The notes under the pieces: generated by a model
Database searches by the model: none
What the model saw: the letters and a program-made list of their open reading frames with translations, nothing else
Told to the model about the DNA's origin: nothing
Made by a program: the position numbers and the translations under genes
In this document: one piece after another, positions 56,550 through 64,000 of the stretch
Position numbering within the stretch: the stretch's first letter is position 1
Layout: each line of letters opens with the position of its first letter
Source of the DNA: Octopus vulgaris
Taxonomy: Eukaryota
Length of the DNA stretch: 64,000 nt
Assembly (NCBI GenBank): GCA_951406725.2
Contig: OX597817.1
Location: forward strand, 58,342,001-58,406,000
Direction: 5' to 3'

Positions 56550-57455
56550 CGCACCGCCATTTTATAATTCCCGCTCCATACCGAAGTGATGTTATCAGCC
56601 ACGTATTAACTGCTTGGATTTTATTCAATCCAATCAATTTTGAGCGCAATACGAACATCAGTCTTCGGAAATACTCCATCCTCAGTTGCTCTTTAATTTC
56701 CTTTTCCATTATCTCATTAAACTCTTGTACACCAATGTATTTGTATCCTTCCGTTTCATTTGCTTAATCAAGTCTATATTCGCTAATTCTATCCCTGCTA
56801 GGAACTGTACCTTGTCTCTTTTTAGCTTATTCCGAACTTCTTGAGTCCAAATTCCATTCTAATATCGATACTAAAACATTGGACCGTGTTCATCAAGGAA
56901 CTCACTTGTACCTCATATTAGCCATACAGTTTCAAATCATCCATGAAGAGGACGTAGTTGATTGTTTGGGATTTTTCTTTTAGAGGGTACTTCTGGTTCA
57001 TTTTCCTAAGTAACAAAGTCGTGGGGTAGAACGAACAGCAACGGAGATGAGCTATCACTCTGCAAAATCCCCCTTCTAATACCCAGGGTGCCCAAGCCTT
57101 TTCCGTAAGATGTCAGTTCAGTTTTTCATCCCACCATACTTCTCTTCAAGAAACACATTATATTCCTCGCAATTCCAAACAGATCTAAGCACTCAAGGAT
57201 CCACGAATGTGGAATCATAACATAAGTTTTGCGATAGTCAATCTAGGCCATTCCTAAATTTGTTCTTCTTCGTTTACAATCTTGCATAACCATTTTGTCC
57301 ATCAATAATTGATCTTTGGTATCTCTGCATCTCATTTTACAGCATTTTTGTTCCGTCGGTTATATATCGTTCTCACTGTTCCCAGGGCTTCGACAATTTT
57401 TGGTACTACTACCACCTTTTTTATCGACCACAACTGCTTAACCTCCCTAGCTAAC
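56550..57455 (-). pseudogene. R4/Dong-type (RLE) retroelement, degraded RT and endonuclease pieces
   Basis: IDYRKTYVMIPHSWILECL; INYVLFMDDLKLYG; YKYIGV; EYFRRL..VLRSKL...NK..AVNTW...LRYGAGII; LAREVKQLW..KKVVVVP.IVEALGTV. Confidence 0.85.
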
Positions 57456-58520
57456 CAGGAGCGGTCGCCGTTCGCCGGACGCGTATTTACCCAGCTGATC
57501 TCTTTAACGGAGCTACAGTCCTTAGTCAAACAGAGACCTAGAGAAGGTATCTAGAAAGTGGAATGTCTTCAAGCGCTCTAAGTCCTCAGCCAGTCGGACA
57601 TTGCAATAGGTGGAATGTCCACTTTAGTTTTCTATAGAGGATTAGTGGAGGAAAAGTGCGACGACGTTCTTGGAGAGACCTTGGGCGTCGAAGATCAGCT
57701 AGCCGCTCTTTTCGGGAGAATTTCGGCTCGGGACCAATGGATAACTTCCAAAAATCTCTGACCTGGCAGTGCTACCGGGAAGCTTTGCCTGATCGAGATA
57801 AACTTTACAGGCACGGAAGTGCCGTCAGCTGAGCACGTCCCAGATGCCCGCGGGACGACGAAAAGGTCCTGCATGCACTCGTCCAGCATTGCTGACCTGT
57901 GGGTTTATGTTGAATACCTGGTGTCGCATGTGGGTCGGATTCGGCTGTCAACTGAATCTATCGGGAAGATCGTCCCGCCACCTTTCTTTAATCGGGAAGG
58001 AAAGGCTGTTTTTATATGCCTGGTGGCCATGGTGAAAGAGTTTGTATGGTGAACGAGATTGAAGGGGTTGAAGACAAACACTTTTCTCTTTGGCCAATCC
58101 CTGAAGAACTTCTTCGAGTTTCACGTGAAAAGGAAAATAAGGGTCGAGAGGGAAGTGTTGTCTTCTGGCCAGTTTGCTGAAAAGTGGATGAAAGTGGCGA
58201 GAATGGTGCGACTGAACGGGCCTGGCCTGAGCATACGCCTGTAATTGGAAAAGGCGAAAGAAGAAAAAGGTACCTGCCCCAAAAGTCAGGGTACCCATGG
58301 TTTTTTATGGAAGTTTTCCACGAGCAACCCTCGAACGCCTCCTCCCTACTGAGGATTACACAATGTTGATTTTTTTTGCATTATGTTAATCTTGCTTACA
58401 CGCAAAACCCTCACAAGAACACCCCCCCATACACACACATTCTTTGTTTTGTCTTGTACCGTTCATAATGTGTTTCTTAATGTAAACCGTTTGTGGTTAA
58501 TAAAGAAGTCATTATTATTA
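57455..58520 (+). mobile_element. Tx1/L1-type LINE ORF2 C-terminus (zf-RVT region) plus 3' UTR
   Basis: WQCYREALPDRDKLYRHG...PRCPRDDEKVLHAL (degenerate CCHC knuckle); AATAAA near 58499 followed by (ATT)n. Confidence 0.7.
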
Positions 58521-60359
58521 CTATTAATTTGACTTTGAATCACCCGCGTCTCTCTTTCCATCTCAACGACCAGGCTTCTACTAAACAATATATAAATTGC
58601 ACTTTCACAAGCTCTGAAAAAGCACAACGGAACGAGTTCTGTTAAGAAAGAGAATCAAAGTTTTCATAATTCGACAACACCACCACAATCAGCAACAAAA
58701 AAACTACAGTTCATGCAGCCAACGAAATAATTATAGACACATTCCAAAAAAATCTAAGCTGTAAGGCAATATATAAAAAAAAAGTTCGTTCCAAATAGCT
58801 GACTTCATAAAAACCGGTGCCAGTGACCTCTAACAATACATCCACACCATACACAACCGAAACAAAACTCATAATCAAACAATTAAACAAACAAATAACA
58901 AAAAGCAATTAAATAAATCAGAAAAAAATAGAAAACTGTTAGACATTTGTATCCAGCGTTAACTACAAAACAATTTATAAATCGCTGCTGAGAGTAAAAT
59001 GGCAGCATTAATTATAACAATAATTACATCATAATCTGTCAAAATACAAGCGTTTAATAATTGTGTCAAAATTTGGCTTAAGGTTAGCAGTTTTAGGTGA
59101 GGAAGTACAACGTTTACATCAATCCCAGCCATTAACTGCTATTCGTTTTATCCACTCCAACAGGATGAAAGACAAAATTGACCTCAGCGAAATTTGAACT
59201 CAGAGCGTCAAGTTGGAACAACGGCTGTTAAGTAGTTCGTCTGTTATGCTAACGATTGCGCCACCTCAGCGCTCTTATAGTTGCTAAAAATGACTACACA
59301 CACCTACACTGCAATACATCTACACTATAAGCCAATACCAATGCGACTCGTAGATAAAATTAGTTGGGGTTGCAGCTTCAGAAAATTTTTAGCCATTGTT
59401 TTAATATTGTGTAAAAGGAAACAAACATATAAAAAGAATATTTATACATAAACTTGACCGGTTCGCCTTTTAGCCGTGTAGTGTGTTTAATTTGTTCACT
59501 GAACACCACCTTGTTTTTGAACCATACCCTGAATCACAAAATAAGGTGGGGGGGGGGATCTACCCTCATTTTCAAATCCTGGCAGCAACACTGAAGCTGG
59601 AAGCAGGATAATAATCTAATTCTACACTTTATCACATTCAAGAATATAAACACATTTTTAAGCACAAGACATGCAGAGTCAAAAACAAACACTACCTTTC
59701 ACCAGCACACAAGGGTCGGCACTGCATGAATGACAGTGCTCTCTCTCCCTAGTGTGCAGCTTCCTATCTCGAACATGTGAGCATGCGAACAACAACCAAA
59801 CACCGCGTCGCTAGAACTGTGAAGCGCACAGTTCTATACAAGGACTTTTGTGTTTTTTTTTTTCATAAACTAGGGGATGGCTACTGACATTAAGCTTAAG
59901 GATTATATAATGTACAAGTATAAAGAAAGTATTAAAGAAAAAAGGACTCATTATATTGAATGTTATCGATAATATCGAGTGGAAATAGGGGGAGCTGCAG
60001 TTCCGCAGTGTTTATACAGGAGTTTCCACTGGCCAGTACACTTAACAGATATTTCATGAATAATCAGGCATCAAAATCCTTACAAAGAAGAGAAGAACAC
60101 TAAACGAGTAATACGTTCCTTCCAACAAGACCAGGTTTTTGATCACTTTATCTCATCGGACACTCAAAAAGAAAGAGAGACATTTAAACGTCAACAACCT
60201 CAGGGTTAGACAAAATGGCTTACAAATGACTGACGCGAAGCTTTGATGCTTTGTAGAAATCATTGCTCTCACTAACCTCAACAATTACACGTACCAGCAC
60301 TGTCACAAATAGACCAATAATAATCACAAATTTAAAACTCAGCAAAACATTAAGTGAAG

Positions 60360-60463
60360 CATCCTCATATAGGCCATCACCCTCCTATGTACATCCTCAT
60401 ATGGGCCATCATCTTCCGATGCACATCCTCATATGGGTCATCGCTCTCCTATGCACATCCTCA
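60360..60463 (+). repeat. 32 bp tandem repeat (x3+)
   Basis: catcctcatatgggccatcaccttcctatgca-like units. Confidence 0.85.
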
Positions 60464-60614
60464 ACAACTCCTAAACGGCTTATCCATGACGTCATTGAAT
60501 CATATGACTCACTCCCGAAATTGCAACGTTTTCACACCACTACGCTCAATCCCCATACTGTTATGCATATACAATATAAGCTTTAGAACAAGCCGAAGCA
60601 AAATTCATTTTCAA

Positions 60615-60672
60615 TGGATGTGCCGGGGATCGAACTCGGGGCCTTTCACTTGCGAAGCGAACGCTCTACCAC
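60615..60672 (-). pseudogene. 5'-truncated tRNA-Ala(CGC)-like sequence
   Basis: Minus strand gtggtagagcgttcgcttCGCaagtgaaaggccccgagttcgatccccggcacatcca has D-arm remnant, anticodon arm and T-arm; the 5' acceptor strand is missing. Confidence 0.7.
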
Positions 60673-61796
60673 GTCGAACTTCAAATAGGAAATACATAAT
60701 GGCTTCAACAACAACCATCCCTACTTGCCATTTTATTTATAGTCTTCCACTTTACATAAAAACCACTTCCAACTACTCAGACACGCACATAACTACCCCA
60801 TGACACTACTACAACAATATTCTAAGAATACTAGAATAAGGAAGATGATCAGATAGTAACAGTTGAAACCTCACTGGTTCCGAATTCTGTCGAAATTAGG
60901 AAAGCAGGTTGCAACCTAGAGGACGCCTCGCTTTAATTCCTCTCTTGTCAAGTTTTCTCTGAAGAATTACTCTGTCCGGCACGTTTCTTGCTGATTTAAC
61001 TACACACACATACACACAATTACATATACACATACACACAAACATACACGCAAACACACACACATACAACGCACTCACACAAGCACAAATATGTACTCAT
61101 ATGCACTCTCTCTCTCCCTCTTTCTCACACACACACACAAACACACACGCACGCACACATACGCCCACACCCACAGATGATTTTGATTTGAAATGCTCCA
61201 TGAGGTAGATCGATAAATGTTCTTGGTGAAGTGAGAATTTTGGTAATGTATCATTTCATGAGTGTAATCCCAGTCAGTTTCCTGTAATTACACCCATCCA
61301 TCCTCCTCACCCACTATTCTTGGGAAGGAGGTCACAAGGGTGGACTAGATATCTCAGTTACGAATACCATTGGGTCCTATCAAAAGCAATCGTCTTTAAA
61401 GTCTCTGGCTGGAATCCCAAACACGTGCAATAAATGTTGTTATCAAGAGTTCAGTGAAGAAACGATATGACAGTTTTAAACAAACATTGTCGTTGAACTC
61501 ACAGAACCCTAGGAGGACAGATTCAACATTTCTTACCAGCTAAAAAAAGCCAAATATTAGGACTTGGTCTCGACGAAGCACTTGTCAAGGGACGCGGGTG
61601 ACTTCATTCGTTACTGAAGTTGGTTGTCGCGGCATTCCAACCAGATTGGTGCGCTGTTTCTTGTAAAAGATTGACCTGGGACCTGTAACCCAGGGACGAA
61701 ATTTGCTTAGGGGGCGAGAACTCAGGTTCACATTTTTTTACAAACAAGGCGGATTTTTTTTTGTTGCAATTTTAATATCGAAACAAACACAGGTAT

Positions 61797-62440
61797 AATT
61801 AGAAAAGCACTCGGAGAGCGCAGACCTCCACCAAGCAGCTCATTCCCACCCATATACACGCATGCTGAAAATCGCCCAATTTCCCAAACCAACGCCGGCA
61901 AAAACATAACCTCCTTAGCGGGGTTTAAAAAAAATGACGCAGCCATATGATTTTTAAAAAAACCTTTAAAAACAGGAATCATCTGAAGCAGTTATAATAC
62001 ATCAACGACAACAGCAAGCTAGTTTCACCATACCACTAAAAAGAAACAACAATTACCTAAACCATGAGCGTTAAGATGGATACGCGAGTAAAATTATAAA
62101 TAGAGAAACGAAAATAAACTTTGGAAACAGCAACGCCACCATAGGTTACGTGGAAACGATGAACGCGTTTTCAAGGGAGATAATCAAAGGACGTAACATT
62201 GTTATACTTCATGTAAAGTAAATATAACAAATGAAAAATATTTCAAGAATCCATAAAAATTCCCGGATCCCTACCAAAATTTCATCATCTGTTCCGTGTG
62301 TCATTACCAACTTTTCCTGCAAGTTTCATCAAATACCGTTCACAACTTTTTGAGTTATTTTGCCCACAGTCGGACAGACAGAGGGACAGACGGACACACC
62401 AACGCCGATGAAAACATAACCTCCTTCTTTGGCAGAGGAT
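61797..62440. mobile_element. Two Helentron/DINE-like non-autonomous elements
   Basis: cctccaccaag / cttagcgggg subterminal inverted motif, aaacataacctcctt...ggcagagg ends, (GACA)n tract. Confidence 0.5.
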
Positions 62441-62642
62441 TTTCCATACGTATGTGATAGTATGTCTCTCTCTCTTCAGCATTCAAGATAGTAAAGACGC
62501 AACGCTTTCAAATATTCCCAGTAGAGAAGTATTTTAACCAAAGGTATTTTACTGGTGAACGTTCTTCGTAACCTTTTAATTTCTTCTATGAGACAGGATG
62601 AGTCAGAAGCCCAAAGCTGTGAGCAGTAATCTAACCTGCTCA

Positions 62643-63225
62643 AGGCGACGAGCTGGCAGAAACGTTAGCACGCCGGGCGAAATGCTTAGCGGTATTTCGT
62701 CTGCGTTACGTTGTGAGTTCAAATTCTGCCGAGGTCGACTTTGCCTTTCATCCTTTCGGGGTCGATAAATTAAGTACCAGTTACGCACTGGGGTCGATGT
62801 AATCGACTTAATACCTATGTCTGTCCTTGTTTGTCCCCTCTGTGTTTAGCCCCTTGTGGGTAATAAAGAAATAAGTATTTCGTCTGCCGCTACGTTCTGA
62901 GTTCAAATTCCGCCGAGGTCGACTTTGCCTTTCATCCTTTCGGGGTCGATTAAATAAGTACCAGTTACGCACTGGGGTCGATATAATCGACTTAATCCGT
63001 TTGTCTGTCCTTGTTTGTCCTCTCTGTGTTTAGCCCCTTGTAGGTAGTAAAGAAATGGGTATTTCGTATGTCTTTATGCTCTGAGTTCAAATTTCACCGA
63101 GGTCGACCTTGCCTTTCATCCTTTCGGGGTCGATAAATTAAGTACCAGTTGCGTACTAGGACGATTTAATCGACTGCCCCCCCACTACCCCCAAATTTCG
63201 GGCCTTGTGCCTAGAGTAGGAGCGA
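62643..63225 (+). mobile_element. Deu/Nin-core SINE with triplicated body
   Basis: One head followed by three ~185 bp units, each starting gtatttcgt... Confidence 0.85.
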
Positions 63226-63239
63226 GTAATCTGACCTGC

Positions 63240-63955
63240 TCAGAACTCAGGCTTTCCATAGAGTAAGCCTAACTACAAAGGTTTGTAGGATCCATCCTAT
63301 GAGATGTCTACATTTAGAGGTCAGTCTGGTGATGTGGCTAAGGAAAGATGCATCAATTGACATGATTACTCCTAAGTCCCATATGTCATTAGCGCTCTGA
63401 ATCATTCTGTGTCAAATATTGTGATTTGTGTGCATTCCCTCTGTAACGAAGAACCTGAAATCTTGATGTATTAAATGTCCTTTTGTTTTAACCCACCTAT
63501 TGATAAATGAGGTTTAGCTCATTTTTGGAGTGTGACAGTATCTTCTGGAGTTTGGATAGCCATGGATATTTTTGCGCCATTGGCGTAACTCGTTATTTCG
63601 GATGAGTGCACTTGTGATACGTATGCGATAGTATCTCTCTTTCTCTCTCTCAAGATATTAGAGACGCAACGCTTTCAAATATTCCCAGTAGCTAGGTCTT
63701 TTAACCAAAGGTATTTATAATAAATAATTATAGTCCTAAAACCGTTCTCTGAGGCATACTACTTACTACGGAGTGAAAAACCATTTCCAGCAACAGATTG
63801 GCCCCTACCATGTAAGAAGTCAAAGAGCCATTCTCTGAGTTTTCCTGAGATACCAAGATTCTTTAACCTGTGACAGATGATTCCATGAACAATCTTGCCG
63901 AGCGCCTTAACAAAATCAAGGTATATACAGTCAATGTCCTTTCCTCTCAAGAGAT
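63240..63955 (-). pseudogene. Degraded CR1-clade RT fragment interrupted by an insertion
   Basis: DIDCIYLDFVKAL...GISGKLREWLFDFLHGRGQSV; EITSYANG (degenerate YADD); 63615-63720 matches 62445-62550. Confidence 0.75.
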
Positions 63956-64000
63956 TACTAAGAAAAGTTTTTCGGTGTGAAAAACTTCCTGGTTTGGGGA

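Noticed and set aside
60128-60162. Further hammerhead-like motif on the minus strand (also near 15550 and 50370)
   Set aside because: Two or more core mismatches and single copies; cannot be distinguished from chance.
60615-60672. Functional tRNA-Ala gene
   Set aside because: The 5' acceptor strand and part of the A box are missing.

Overview
AT-rich, repeat-saturated animal genomic DNA. The SINE/LINE families and huge (TA)n tracts suggest an octopus (coleoid cephalopod); this is inference from repeat content. The ORF track is almost all noise (microsatellite read-throughs and TE debris). By hand I reconstructed one host gene on the + strand: 11 phase-compatible GT-AG coding exons from 18446 to 38172 (1092 nt, 363 aa plus stop; the start-codon exon was not found). 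It encodes a membrane-anchored alpha/beta-hydrolase-fold protein whose nucleophile elbow reads G-S-E-L-S instead of G-x-S-x-G. The rest is mobile DNA: a 5'-truncated RTE LINE with an internal PHD-like finger, CR1-, R4/Dong- and Tx1/L1-type fragments, two Penelope-like GIY-YIG copies, Helitron/Helentron-like elements, hAT and mariner remnants, many tRNA-derived SINEs and a truncated tRNA-Ala. The most unusual signal is several unrelated short non-coding elements sitting in or next to (TA)n that each carry a minimal hammerhead-ribozyme-like core. One family is a palindrome of two head-to-head tRNA-head plus hammerhead arms. Long fold-back structures are also common, including a ~1.2 kb hairpin just before the first identified coding exon.
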